Positions 40,864-50,262 of a DNA stretch of 64,000 nt are shown here, piece by piece. How positions within the stretch are numbered: the stretch's first letter is position 1; each line of letters begins with the position of its first letter. The stretch comes from a virus. The notes under the pieces are model-generated. The model was given only the letters and a program-made list of their open reading frames with translations, ran no database searches and was not told the origin of the DNA. Position numbers and translations under genes: made by a program. The stretch lies in IMG/VR virus record IMGVR_UViG_3300023265_000001; one strand, written 5' to 3'.

Positions 40864-40898
40864 CAGAAGGCCCTGCAGGATGCCTGCAGGGCCTTCTG
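40864..40898 (-). terminator. intrinsic terminator hairpin
   Basis: CAGAAGGCCCTGCAGG atg CCTGCAGGGCCTTCTG. Confidence 0.6.
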
Positions 40899-40911
40899 GG
40901 ATCGGCTGCGA

Positions 40912-41418
40912 TCAGTACTGCGCCAGCTTGCGCTTCTGGGCAGTGGAGAACTTCAGCGGCGGCACGTGCTTCGGCCGGCCGCAGCGCTGCCGCGGGTCCA
41001 TCGCGGTGGTGCAGTCGGCCTGGTGCTGCAGGAACCGCTGGTGCCCCAGCTCGTGGACGAGCAACCACTTCTTCGTCTTCGGCCCGAAGTTGCCCTTCCA
41101 GCCCCGGATGTGCTTGGTCCGGTAGACGTCGATGGTGATCGTCGAGCCGCTGGACCAGCCAGCGGTGTCGCTCAGCCGCCCCTGCTTGATCGTGATGCAC
41201 TTCCAGGCCGCCGGCGTGCACTTCCGGACCACGCTCATCCGGGAGCCGGTGTAGCTGTCGACAAAGCTGACGGCCGCGGTGACCGGCCAGTCGCGCGGCA
41301 GCTTGTTGATCACCTGGATGGTCTTGCCGTTCCAGGGCACCGCGGCCTGAGCCGGCGCCGGAATGGCAAACACCCCCGCGGTGATCGCGAGGGTGGCAAG
41401 CGCTGCTGTTCGTTTCAT
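40912..41418 (-). CDS. small secreted zinc metalloprotease (metzincin-like)
   Basis: 168 aa; signal peptide; HELGHQRFLQH fits HExxHxxxxxH; Met-containing TAMDP shortly after. Confidence 0.65.
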   Translation of the reverse strand: MKRTAALATLAITAGVFAIPAPAQAAVPWNGKTIQVINKLPRDWPVTAAVSFVDSYTGSRMSVVRKCTPAAWKCITIKQGRLSDTAGWSSGSTITIDVYRTKHIRGWKGNFGPKTKKWLLVHELGHQRFLQHQADCTTAMDPRQRCGRPKHVPPLKFSTAQKRKLAQY

Positions 41419-41627
41419 GAAGTCCTCTCGGGTTCGGGTGGTGGCGGCTGCTGGTCGAGCGGCAGCACATGCCCCGTGTACTTGTCAGTGAAGATCACGA
41501 TGACGCCGTAAGGCCTCATCTCTTCAGCTGCCGCCGCGTGGCGGCGCCGGGCGTAGGTCGCCGCAGCGGCGCGGCGCGCCTTGCTGGTGTCGGCGCGCCG
41601 GCGAAGGCCCTTCGGCGTATCGGTCAT
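41415..41627 (-). CDS. small basic protein (70 aa)
   Basis: ATG 41627; 4-nt overlap with protease gene start; no clear SD. Confidence 0.4.
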   Translation of the reverse strand: MTDTPKGLRRRADTSKARRAAAATYARRRHAAAAEEMRPYGVIVIFTDKYTGHVLPLDQQPPPPEPERTS

Positions 41628-41638
41628 GGAACGGAATC

Positions 41639-41673
41639 TACAGCAGTGTTGCAGTGTCTGCAAGACTGCTGTA
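41639..41673. promoter_or_regulatory. 35-bp near-perfect palindrome (operator) in divergent promoter region
   Basis: TACAGCAGT g TTGCAG tgt CTGCAA g ACTGCTGTA; followed by TACGGT and ATG 41685 (short or no leader). Confidence 0.6.
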
Positions 41674-41684
41674 CGGTACACCCC

Positions 41685-43043
41685 ATGAGCGACGAGAAGA
41701 GGACGTCCCACGGGACGGAGGACGCGGTACAGGACACGGAACACCTGGAGAACACGGAGCACCGTCCCTCGGTACGGAAGAGGATCGCCGACTGGCGGAC
41801 GTCCCGCGCGATGACTGCCCATGAGAACGCTCAGGCGGCCCGGCTCGCGGAACACCGCAAGGAACAGGAGCGGAACGCCGCGCGGGACAGGGCGGCCCGT
41901 GCGGCTGCAGCGTCCCGCAAGGCCGCGGAGAACACGTCCGGGACGGAACGGGACGACCTCTTGGCTCCCGTCCCGCGCAAGATGCGCTGGCTCGCGGTCT
42001 GGCTGGACCGTACCATCGGCGCTCTCCCGCTCCTCGCTCCGCTGATCCTCTCGGGGTACTTCACTACGCACGTGTTCTACGGCGAGGGACAGCCGATCAA
42101 TATCCCCCTCGGTGTGGCCATCCTCGCTGCTGGTGCCCTGGAAGGTGGCGTCTGGAAGCTGGTCGCACTGCTGTCGAAGACGATGCTGGAGGGCGACTCC
42201 ACCGTGGGGCTGCGCGCCAGCCTGGCCATCTACCTGAGCGTCATCTCCGGCCTCATCTACTGGCACGCGGACTGGGTTGCCAGGTCGCAGGGGGCCGACA
42301 GCGGCGCCCTGGACGGCTGGGGCTGGGTCCCGGCCGCTGGCGCAGCCATCTTCTCGCTGCTTGGCGTTCGGATCTGGATGCACAGCGCTCGCTTCCAGTA
42401 CCGAGTAGCACTGCGAGAAGCCGGCCGGGTCGACAAGCAGGCGCCCAAGTTCGCGTTCCTCGCGTGGATCCTCACACCGGTGGAGACCCCCAAGGCGCTC
42501 CGTCACGCAGTGCGGTACAGGATCGAGAGCCCGATCGAGGCGGTGGAGGACAGGCGCCTCTGGGTCGCGGCCGACAAGCCCCGAGTCTGGCCCGTCCTTG
42601 AGGACACGGAACAGAGCGTTCCGTTCCACCAGGAGGTCCCGTCCCGTCCCGTCCCGCTGACTGCGACGGTACGCACCCAGACGTCCCCCGTCCCCCGTCC
42701 CGCTGTCCCTCGGGCTGAGCGCCCCGCGCTCTCCTCCGCCCCGGCTCCGACGTCCCCCGCGTCCTCGGAGAGCGCCATCGACGAGATGGAGGACATCCTG
42801 AAGTACGCGGGACACCTCCTGATCGTGATCGACGCGTTCCGCGGCTGGGAGAACGGGCCTGTCCCGTCGGTGCGGAACATACGGGACGCGATCCACGCGT
42901 ACCGCCAGAACCAGGAGGACGGCGGCGAGTTCCGTTCCATGTCCGTCGCCGACAAGGTCCAGAAGGCGCTCATCAAGCTCCGCGAGCACCCGCACCTGGT
43001 CGACATCATGAACGCTCAGCGTGGCACCGAGGAGACCTCCTAG
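41685..43043 (+). CDS. DUF2637-like integral membrane protein of transfer region
   Basis: ATG 41685 within ORF 41469..43043; basic N-terminus, 4-5 TM segments, P/S-rich linker; family call is by recollection. Confidence 0.5.
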   Translation: MSDEKRTSHGTEDAVQDTEHLENTEHRPSVRKRIADWRTSRAMTAHENAQAARLAEHRKEQERNAARDRAARAAAASRKAAENTSGTERDDLLAPVPRKMRWLAVWLDRTIGALPLLAPLILSGYFTTHVFYGEGQPINIPLGVAILAAGALEGGVWKLVALLSKTMLEGDSTVGLRASLAIYLSVISGLIYWHADWVARSQGADSGALDGWGWVPAAGAAIFSLLGVRIWMHSARFQYRVALREAGRVDKQAPKFAFLAWILTPVETPKALRHAVRYRIESPIEAVEDRRLWVAADKPRVWPVLEDTEQSVPFHQEVPSRPVPLTATVRTQTSPVPRPAVPRAERPALSSAPAPTSPASSESAIDEMEDILKYAGHLLIVIDAFRGWENGPVPSVRNIRDAIHAYRQNQEDGGEFRSMSVADKVQKALIKLREHPHLVDIMNAQRGTEETS

Positions 43044-43090
43044 CCACGCAACGCTCTGACCTGCGCAAACCCCCGGAAAGGAACTTCTAC

Positions 43091-43375
43091 ATGGAAACGA
43101 ACCGGACTTCTAGCTTCCCGGCTGAGACCGTCTCGCACCGCCCGAACTACGGCTACACGGTCGCCAGTGTGCTTGCCGTGCCCACTTCCCTGGCCACCGC
43201 CGGTACCTACTGGCAGCACCTGAGGGGAGAGGACACGGCGGTGGCCGGCTCGGTTGCGCTGCTGCTGTTCCTGGCGTACGCGTACGCGCTGGCCTCGGCC
43301 CGGCTGAAGACCAACCGCCGACTGAGGGCGTACCGCGAGAAGAATCCCGACGTTGAGCTGCTGCACGGTCCCTGA
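43091..43375 (+). CDS. membrane protein (94 aa)
   Basis: ORF track; SD GGAAAGGAA; two TM. Confidence 0.6.
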   Translation: METNRTSSFPAETVSHRPNYGYTVASVLAVPTSLATAGTYWQHLRGEDTAVAGSVALLLFLAYAYALASARLKTNRRLRAYREKNPDVELLHGP

Positions 43376-43400
43376 CCTGCAGAAACACTAGGAGAAAGCC

Positions 43401-43724
43401 ATGCGATTCACCCGATCGGAAGAGGACCCGCTCCTCCACCACACGCGCCAGCCCCACTTCGTTGAGATCTTCTTTCGCGGGCGCCGGCTGGATCAGCCGT
43501 TCGTGACCGAGGTCGCGATCGGGAACTACGGGGACCTGCGGGAACTGGCCGTCGAGGCGGCGCGGGCCAACGAGGCGGATCCGGTCAAGGATCCGGCCCG
43601 GTATCTGGTCCGGGTGTACGAGCACAGGATCGCCAAATCGGGTCCGCGGCGCGGTGCGCGCGTCGTGGATTACGTGCCGAGAACTGAGGAGGGAGGCCCC
43701 CATGGATACACACACGCAGCGTGA
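43401..43724 (+). CDS. hypothetical protein (107 aa)
   Basis: ORF track; SD TAGGAGAAAG. Confidence 0.6.
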   Translation: MRFTRSEEDPLLHHTRQPHFVEIFFRGRRLDQPFVTEVAIGNYGDLRELAVEAARANEADPVKDPARYLVRVYEHRIAKSGPRRGARVVDYVPRTEEGGPHGYTHAA

Positions 43725-44103
43725 GGTAGAAGTTCCGGATGGAAGTGGTCCGGAGTACCAACGTGCTGATCATGGCACGGGTGATGTTGAACAACCTCGG
43801 GAAGTAGCAGTCACGCAGCGTGGCAAGCAGACGGCCCTGGCCTACCTCGGGGACGTCCAGCAGGCCCGCGCCGTGGCCAAGGCGCCCCCTCCCCTGGGTG
43901 TGCTCTGGTCGCAGCTCTGGGAGGCACCTGAGGTGCTCGCAGACAACGGTCTGATGCGCTTCCTGGCGCGGGTCTACGCCCCCGTCGGGATGCTCATCGT
44001 GAGCACCCTGTACTGGCTCGTGGCGGCCCATCTTCACCCTGTGCGAGCGCTGCTCGTCGACACGGCGATCGGCTTCGCCATCTGGCTCTGGTTCTTCTCC
44101 TGA
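43702..44103 (+). CDS. membrane protein (133 aa)
   Basis: ATG 43702 after GAGGAGGGAGG. Confidence 0.55.
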   Translation: MDTHTQREVEVPDGSGPEYQRADHGTGDVEQPREVAVTQRGKQTALAYLGDVQQARAVAKAPPPLGVLWSQLWEAPEVLADNGLMRFLARVYAPVGMLIVSTLYWLVAAHLHPVRALLVDTAIGFAIWLWFFS

Positions 44104-44205
44104 TCGCTTCCGTCGCCCTCGGTCACCGAGGGTCGGCGGTGGCCATCAGGCCTGGCACCACCCCAAGCAAGATCCAACCCCAGCTCGGAAGGAGCACACG
44201 CACCG

Positions 44206-44655
44206 ATGGGAATCACTGCTGGATTCATGATCACCCTGGTCCTCGGCATCGTCCTGCGCTCGCAGGCCCACAAGATGGGCGGCGGCGACGGCGGTGGCCG
44301 TGGCGGCGGTGGCGGCACCCGGTTCAACCTGCGGCCCTGGTACCTCTGGGGCGCGCTGATCTCCCTGGCCGCCTCCGGCACCCTGGCCGTCGACACGATC
44401 GTCGGCGACTTCATCACCGGTATCGCCAACCTGGCCCCCTGGGTCGGCTGGTGCTGGGCGATCGTCCTGGTCGCCGGCACCGTGAAGGACCTGTGGAACG
44501 ACCGCGAGCCCGATAAGGTCGCGCCCTGGTTCCTGTTCCTGCTGCCCTCGGTCTCCAACGGCCTCTCGGGTGAGTTCGGCGGCCTGCTGAACTCGATGTG
44601 GGACACCTACGGCAACTGGGCCGGCGAGTTCATCGGCCGGATCTTCGGGGTCTGA
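44206..44655 (+). CDS. multi-TM membrane protein with Gly-rich loop (149 aa)
   Basis: ORF track; SD GGAAGGAG. Confidence 0.65.
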   Translation: MGITAGFMITLVLGIVLRSQAHKMGGGDGGGRGGGGGTRFNLRPWYLWGALISLAASGTLAVDTIVGDFITGIANLAPWVGWCWAIVLVAGTVKDLWNDREPDKVAPWFLFLLPSVSNGLSGEFGGLLNSMWDTYGNWAGEFIGRIFGV

Positions 44656-44660
44656 TCAAC

Positions 44661-45971
44661 ATGCCCCTGCTCGTAATCGCGATCATCACGCAGGTCATCT
44701 ACAACGCGATGACCAAAGGCGTGGAGTGGGGCTCGGACGCATCACGACGGGCGTGGGCCGCTTCGGCGGCCCGCTCCGCCGAGCTGGCCGACCGCATCCG
44801 CCAACGGCTCCTGGACAAGCTCGACGAGTGGGAGTCGGACCCGCGCACCCGCGGGTACGTCGCCTGGACCGCCAAGGCCCTCGGCAAGACCGTCAAGGGA
44901 ATCGGCAGGGGCACCCTGTGGGGCCTGCTCGCCGGCGCCCGCGGGGCCGGCGCTGTCGCCCGCGTGCTCGGCGGCGGCGCGTTCGCACGCACCGGCCTGC
45001 TCGGCGCACTGGCCCAGGCTGTCCGGACCGGAACCGCCCGCGGCGCCCGCTGGTGGCGCCGGCGCCGGGGTGACAGGGCCTCCGAGAAGGCCAACGACTG
45101 GGCGGACCGGGCCGAGCGATGGGGAGACACCATCCCCGGCGAGACCGCTGACCCCCCGCCGGCCGAGGACTGGGGTCCCGAGGACCCCTGGACCAAGGAC
45201 GACCCGACGCCGGATGCGGAGCAGCCCGACGTCGAGCACGACGATGAACCGGCCGAGGAGGCAGCTCGTGAGCCTTACAACGCCGGCACCGCGACGGTCG
45301 GAGACCCGGTAGGCCAGCCGGCCCCGGCCGCCTCCCCCATCCCGATCGGTGACAGCCCCGAACCGGCCGGTAACGGACAGGCTAGAAGTCCCGAGCCGAC
45401 ACCGGTACCATGGGGCGGAGGCGGTGCCCTCGGCGGCACCACCGGGCACGGAGAACTGGTCCAGGACACTCCCGGGCCGGGCAACGAAGGGAGCGATATG
45501 TCGAGCGTGGCAACTACCACGGGGACCGGCCTGGCCCCGGCCGGCAGCGGGACCATTGCGCCGCTGTCGACATCCGCCGACTGCATGCAGTACGAGCAGG
45601 CTCAGAACTTCTTCCGGGAGCAGGAGGAGCGCGCCAACACCTTGGCGAACCTTGCCGAGGAGATCCACCAGCTGCAGGTACGGCTGGGGCACGCCGCGAC
45701 CATCATGGCCACCGACCACGTGACCGCCCAGGACGCCCTGGCGCGCTTCCGCATCCAGGCGCCCAACGTCAGCGGCTCCATCGACCTGCTGTTCAACGTC
45801 GCCGGCAAGGCGGCCAGTGACCAGCAGATGCTGGAGGTCTTCAACTCCCTGAACGTGGTCTCGGTGCAGATGGCCGCGGACGCCGCCAACCTGCGGGACC
45901 GCTTCCAGACCGCCTACGAGATCATCTCGGCGGAGAACGCCGACGCCCAGTTCGTCAACCAGAGCCAGTAA
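44661..45971 (+). CDS. membrane-anchored protein with acidic/Pro-rich linker and helical C-domain (436 aa)
   Basis: ATG 44661 within ORF 44598..45971. Confidence 0.6.
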   Translation: MPLLVIAIITQVIYNAMTKGVEWGSDASRRAWAASAARSAELADRIRQRLLDKLDEWESDPRTRGYVAWTAKALGKTVKGIGRGTLWGLLAGARGAGAVARVLGGGAFARTGLLGALAQAVRTGTARGARWWRRRRGDRASEKANDWADRAERWGDTIPGETADPPPAEDWGPEDPWTKDDPTPDAEQPDVEHDDEPAEEAAREPYNAGTATVGDPVGQPAPAASPIPIGDSPEPAGNGQARSPEPTPVPWGGGGALGGTTGHGELVQDTPGPGNEGSDMSSVATTTGTGLAPAGSGTIAPLSTSADCMQYEQAQNFFREQEERANTLANLAEEIHQLQVRLGHAATIMATDHVTAQDALARFRIQAPNVSGSIDLLFNVAGKAASDQQMLEVFNSLNVVSVQMAADAANLRDRFQTAYEIISAENADAQFVNQSQ

Positions 45972-45983
45972 GTCCCAGCAGCG

Positions 45984-46015
45984 AGAACGGGCCGCCGCGA
46001 GCGGCCCGTTCTTTT
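45984..46015 (+). terminator. intrinsic terminator
   Basis: AGAACGGGCCGC cgcga GCGGCCCGTTCT + TTT. Confidence 0.75.
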
Positions 46016-46035
46016 ATCCCCAGGAGGGCCACACC

Positions 46036-48420
46036 ATGACCGACACCACCACACAGCCTCGGCGCCGGCCGCGCCCGCACCCGCCGCGGGAGGCGGACCG
46101 GGAGCCGCTGACCATGCCGCCGCGCGATGACGGCGACGACCCGATCCCGCCGCCGAAGAACCGCAGCCAGCAGGGCCTCGCCCGCCGTGCGGTCCAGCAG
46201 CGCTCGCTCGCGCCGGTCATCTCCGAGGCGCGCATCGCCGCGACCAAGCCGCTCATCCCGGTGGCGCACGCCGCGCGCGAGAAGCTGAAGCCCGTCATGC
46301 ACGCCGGCGTCGGCCTGGCCGGGGCCGCCATGGTCGGCACGCAGATGGCGCAGACGCCGGGCTCCACGCTGCCCATGGCGCTCGCCACTGTCGTCATCGG
46401 CCCGGCAACCTGGTACGCCGGCCGGCAGACGATCGAGCGGCAGATGGCCGGCCTGCCCCCGGAGCGGATCGCCCGCGCTCGCCGGTTCTCCTCGGCCGTC
46501 GCCACCGCGGCCGGCGGCTGGTTCACCTCGGCCGCCGCGCTGGGCGTCGACCCGAACAGCATCGGCGGGAAGATCAACCTGACCGTCGGCGGCCTGATCG
46601 GCCTCTGGGCCGCATCGCCGTACGTCCGGTTCCGCAACCAGCCGCGCATCGTCGCCACCCCTGAGCCCGAGCGGGAGCCGGAGCCGACGCCCGAGGAGGA
46701 AGAGGAGCCGATCGAGGAGTCGCCGATGGGCTTCGCTGTCACCGCGGCGCTGTACCGGACCCGGTGGGCCGAGCGCGTCGCGATCTCGCAGGGCGCCCTG
46801 CCGTCGACCTCGCTCGACCCCGACTCGATCGAAGAGATCAAGGGCGGCTGGACCGCCACCATCGTCTCGGACACCCCGGGCCTGCTCGCGCCGGAGCGGT
46901 TCGTGCCGGCCGGCAGCCGGGTCGCGGCTGCATACGGTGTCGGCCTGGCTGATGTCACGATCGAGACCGCGGCTGACAACGCCTCGAAGGCGCAGCTGAC
47001 GCTGTTCCACGACAACCCGCTGATCAGCTTCCAGCACTGGGCCGGGCCGTACGCGGTCATCAACGGGACCAAGATGTTCGACACGTCCACCGGCGTGGCG
47101 CTCATCGGCCTGCACGCTGATGCTGACCTGGTCCGCTACCGGTTCTGGAACCAGGGCGGCGCCTGGCACGACCTGATCTCCGGGGCCACCGGCTCCGGTA
47201 AGAGCGAGTTCGTCAGCCTGCTGCTGGCCTACGAGCGGCACGCGGTCGTCGAGGTGCCCGTGATGGACCTGGAGACCGGGCAGCCCAAGCTGGACGAAGA
47301 CGGCAACGCGATCACGGTCAAGAAGGGCCTGATCGTCTCTCGGATCATCGACCCGCAGTGGGGTCAGAGCTTTGGCGACTGGCAGGATTCGGTCGACTGG
47401 TTCGCGCCCACGATCGACGAAGCCCGGATTCTGCTGCAGAAGACCGAGAAGGAGATGTACGCCCGCAACCGGGCGTTCGGCCGGACGAAGTGGTACGACG
47501 AGAGGCGCAAGAAGTGGCGGCGCGGGGTCAAGGACTTCCCGCTCAGCCCGGACATGCCGCTGATCGTCATCACCATCGACGAGGCGCACGAGGTCCTGAA
47601 GGACGACGAGTGCAAGCGGATCGTCGCCAAGCTCGGCAAGATGGGCCGGAAGACCGGCATCAAGCTGCGCCTGATCACCCAGGTCCCGCTGCTGCAGGAA
47701 CTGGGTGGCGAAATGGCCATCCGGGACGCGGTCGCCGGCGGTAACGTCGTCGTTTTCCGTACGGCCAACAGCCTCTCGGGTCAGGTGGCCTTCAACGGCG
47801 GCCTGGACCGGGTGCAGCCGCACACGATCCCGCGCGAGTGGCCGAAGGGCCGCGCCAAGCCCGGCGAGGAAACCACGGCTGGACTGGGCTACGCGCTCGG
47901 CCCCAGCTCGCGCTCCGCGATCATGCGCGCCTTCTACCCCGGAGACGCCATCGACTGGATGTACCAGAACGGCGAGGAGTGGGGGATCCCGGGCGTGCTT
48001 GACCGCACCACCCGGGAGGCCGGCACCGGCTACGAGGACCGGCACCAGCGGCTGGCTGAACTGGACGACCTGGACGAGATCCCGGACGGCACACCGGCCG
48101 GGTCGCGCCGGGCCACCGGCATGACCTGCGCCCAGGTCGTCCTGGCGGCGTTCCTGGCCAAGGCGAGCGACGACTACAAGCTGAAGCTGGAGGATCTCGT
48201 CGGGGTTGTCAACGGCGAGTTCAGCGCCCGGATGGTCAGCAACGTGCTGAAGGACTTCGGCAAGCGCGGCTGGGTGATCTCGGGGAAGGCCGGCGACATG
48301 CAGCACGGCTGGCACCAGCTGACGGTCAAGGGTCGTGAGGAGGCCGCGGATCAGCTCTCTGTCGACGACGTGATCGAGAACCCGGCGGCGGACGAAGTGG
48401 CCATGCTCGCCAGATCCTGA
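46036..48420 (+). CDS. traB: FtsK/SpoIIIE-family conjugative DNA translocase (TraB-like)
   Basis: 794 aa; N-terminal TM region, Walker A GATGSGKSEF, Walker B IVITIDEAHE, C-terminal winged-helix-like tail. Confidence 0.85.
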   Translation: MTDTTTQPRRRPRPHPPREADREPLTMPPRDDGDDPIPPPKNRSQQGLARRAVQQRSLAPVISEARIAATKPLIPVAHAAREKLKPVMHAGVGLAGAAMVGTQMAQTPGSTLPMALATVVIGPATWYAGRQTIERQMAGLPPERIARARRFSSAVATAAGGWFTSAAALGVDPNSIGGKINLTVGGLIGLWAASPYVRFRNQPRIVATPEPEREPEPTPEEEEEPIEESPMGFAVTAALYRTRWAERVAISQGALPSTSLDPDSIEEIKGGWTATIVSDTPGLLAPERFVPAGSRVAAAYGVGLADVTIETAADNASKAQLTLFHDNPLISFQHWAGPYAVINGTKMFDTSTGVALIGLHADADLVRYRFWNQGGAWHDLISGATGSGKSEFVSLLLAYERHAVVEVPVMDLETGQPKLDEDGNAITVKKGLIVSRIIDPQWGQSFGDWQDSVDWFAPTIDEARILLQKTEKEMYARNRAFGRTKWYDERRKKWRRGVKDFPLSPDMPLIVITIDEAHEVLKDDECKRIVAKLGKMGRKTGIKLRLITQVPLLQELGGEMAIRDAVAGGNVVVFRTANSLSGQVAFNGGLDRVQPHTIPREWPKGRAKPGEETTAGLGYALGPSSRSAIMRAFYPGDAIDWMYQNGEEWGIPGVLDRTTREAGTGYEDRHQRLAELDDLDEIPDGTPAGSRRATGMTCAQVVLAAFLAKASDDYKLKLEDLVGVVNGEFSARMVSNVLKDFGKRGWVISGKAGDMQHGWHQLTVKGREEAADQLSVDDVIENPAADEVAMLARS

Positions 48421-48430
48421 CGCAATCTGA

Positions 48431-48466
48431 CAGAAGGGCGCTCACCACACGGTGGGCGCCCTTCTG
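48431..48466 (+). terminator. intrinsic terminator hairpin
   Basis: CAGAAGGGCGC ... GCGCCCTTCTG. Confidence 0.65.
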
Positions 48467-48511
48467 TATGTCGTCATAGTGTTATAGGCTGATGGAAACC
48501 CACAGAGAAAG

Positions 48512-49522
48512 GTGAATGTCTTGCCGAACAGCAAAATCAGAACCCTCCGCCAGCAGGTGGAGGCCGACATCCTGTTCGCCCTCGGCGAGGGAGATGCTCG
48601 CGGGGAAACACTGGCCGACCTGGGCAAGGCTCACGGGCACGACTCGTCCGCCACCCTGCAGGCCCTCAACAAGCTGCACCGGGACAAGCTGATCGGCATC
48701 AGCGGGGCGAACTGGTACCGGCTGACCAACGACGGGGCTTTGGCCCTGCTCTTCCTCCTCGACCGGCTGCCCAAACGCCTCCGCAAGGAGATCCAGCCGC
48801 CGTTCAGCTGGGGCCTCACGCCCACCAATGGGCACCTGGAAGTCGGGCTGCAGGCAGCCGGCGCCTGGCACTACTGGACGCTGTTCGACGACCGCGGCGC
48901 CCACAACGTGCTGGTTGCCGGGTCCTCCGGATCCGGGACGACCAACGCTCTGCGAGTACTGCTGCAGGCGACCGCCAAGTCCGACCTGGTGCGTGTGTGG
49001 GCCGCGGACCCGGCGTTCGACCTCGATCGCGCTGGGGAGTTCGGCATCGATCGCCTGGAGCGCGACAACGACGGGATCGAAGTGCTGATCGACGACGTCC
49101 TCCAGGTCATCGAACGGCGCCACCAGGTTCTCGCCGAGAACGGCGACGCGCGCTGGACCGGCCCCACCCGCGGCATGCCGCTGGGGATCCTCATGCTGAC
49201 CGGCGCGGCCCAGATCTTCGAGCGCCACCCGGACTGGATGCACCGCATTCTGCGCGCCGGCCGGAAGGTCGGCGTAATGGTCGCCGCGGAGGTCGGCGAC
49301 CTGACCCTGAGGACTTTTCAGAACGTGCCGATCCGCGACTCGTTCCTGGCGGACAACGTGCTGATCCTGCGCATGGTCAGCGAGGCATCCATCCCTACGA
49401 TCAAGATGCTGCCCGAGGGCCTCCCCCCGATCCCCCGGTGGATCAACAACCTGTACGTGCCCTCGTCGGGCATCGGGTACGACCAGGACGGCACTCTGCT
49501 GCGGTCCATCTACGTCCCGTGA
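48512..49522 (+). CDS. wHTH + FtsK-like P-loop ATPase (336 aa)
   Basis: GTG 48512 after AGAAAGG; N-terminal MarR/wHTH-like segment; Walker A VAGSSGSGTTNAL. Confidence 0.65.
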   Translation: MNVLPNSKIRTLRQQVEADILFALGEGDARGETLADLGKAHGHDSSATLQALNKLHRDKLIGISGANWYRLTNDGALALLFLLDRLPKRLRKEIQPPFSWGLTPTNGHLEVGLQAAGAWHYWTLFDDRGAHNVLVAGSSGSGTTNALRVLLQATAKSDLVRVWAADPAFDLDRAGEFGIDRLERDNDGIEVLIDDVLQVIERRHQVLAENGDARWTGPTRGMPLGILMLTGAAQIFERHPDWMHRILRAGRKVGVMVAAEVGDLTLRTFQNVPIRDSFLADNVLILRMVSEASIPTIKMLPEGLPPIPRWINNLYVPSSGIGYDQDGTLLRSIYVP

Positions 49523-50262
49523 TGGGCCGTGGGCACGCGGCGTCCGGCATGGCAGCTGGCGCCGCGTGCACGGCCTGGGGGCTCCCCGCGCTCGATTACG
49601 TGGTTCCGGGTGGGGTATGGCCCACAATCCTGCTGGGGGCGATCCTGGCGGGCTGGAGCCTCGCTCCCGACATCGACCACGAACGGGCCACCGCCACCAC
49701 GGCGTTCGGCCCGTTCTCGCGTTTCACTCATAGGCTCGCCGCGCGGGCCAGCTACCACTTCACCAAGGCCACCGGCACCAAGTACGACGAGCCGCGCGAG
49801 CACCGCGGGCTGACCCACACCCCGACCTTCTGTGTCGGCGTCTTCGTGGTGCTGGCGGTGCTCGGCGAGCGCTGGCCGCGGGCGGTCATCGCCGTGGTGG
49901 TCGGCCTGGCCGTGGGGATGCTGGTCCGGCTGCTGGCCAAGCCACCCGTCTCGATGGCGGCGGGGGCGCTGGCCGGCGTGGCGCTGTTCGCCATCTCCGT
50001 GCACGTTCCCGGGCCTGGACCGCTGCTCGCCGCCGGCGCTGCCGCGCTGGGCTGCGCGGTGCACATCTGGGGCGACTGGATTACACGCGAGGGCGTGCCG
50101 TTGGCTGCGCCCTGGCTGAAGGTCAGGGGGAAACGCTGGTGGAACTTCCGGCTCCCGCTCGTGCTGACCTTCAAGGCCGGCAGCAAGACCGAGAACGTAT
50201 TCGTGGCTGGATTCTGGATGGTGACGCTGCTGGCCACTGCGAAGACCGCCGGCGTCCTCTGA
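49522..50262 (+). CDS. membrane-bound metal-dependent hydrolase (YdjM/DUF457-like)
   Basis: ATG 49522 overlaps upstream TGA; DIDHERA, HRGLTHTP, HIWGDWIT motifs between TM segments. Confidence 0.55.
   Translation: MGRGHAASGMAAGAACTAWGLPALDYVVPGGVWPTILLGAILAGWSLAPDIDHERATATTAFGPFSRFTHRLAARASYHFTKATGTKYDEPREHRGLTHTPTFCVGVFVVLAVLGERWPRAVIAVVVGLAVGMLVRLLAKPPVSMAAGALAGVALFAISVHVPGPGPLLAAGAAALGCAVHIWGDWITREGVPLAAPWLKVRGKRWWNFRLPLVLTFKAGSKTENVFVAGFWMVTLLATAKTAGVL

Noticed and set aside
45955-48315. 786-aa minus-strand ORF
   Set aside because: It is antisense to the well-supported TraB gene. Its composition is R/G/P/A/D-dominated with no motifs, a typical shadow ORF of high-GC DNA.
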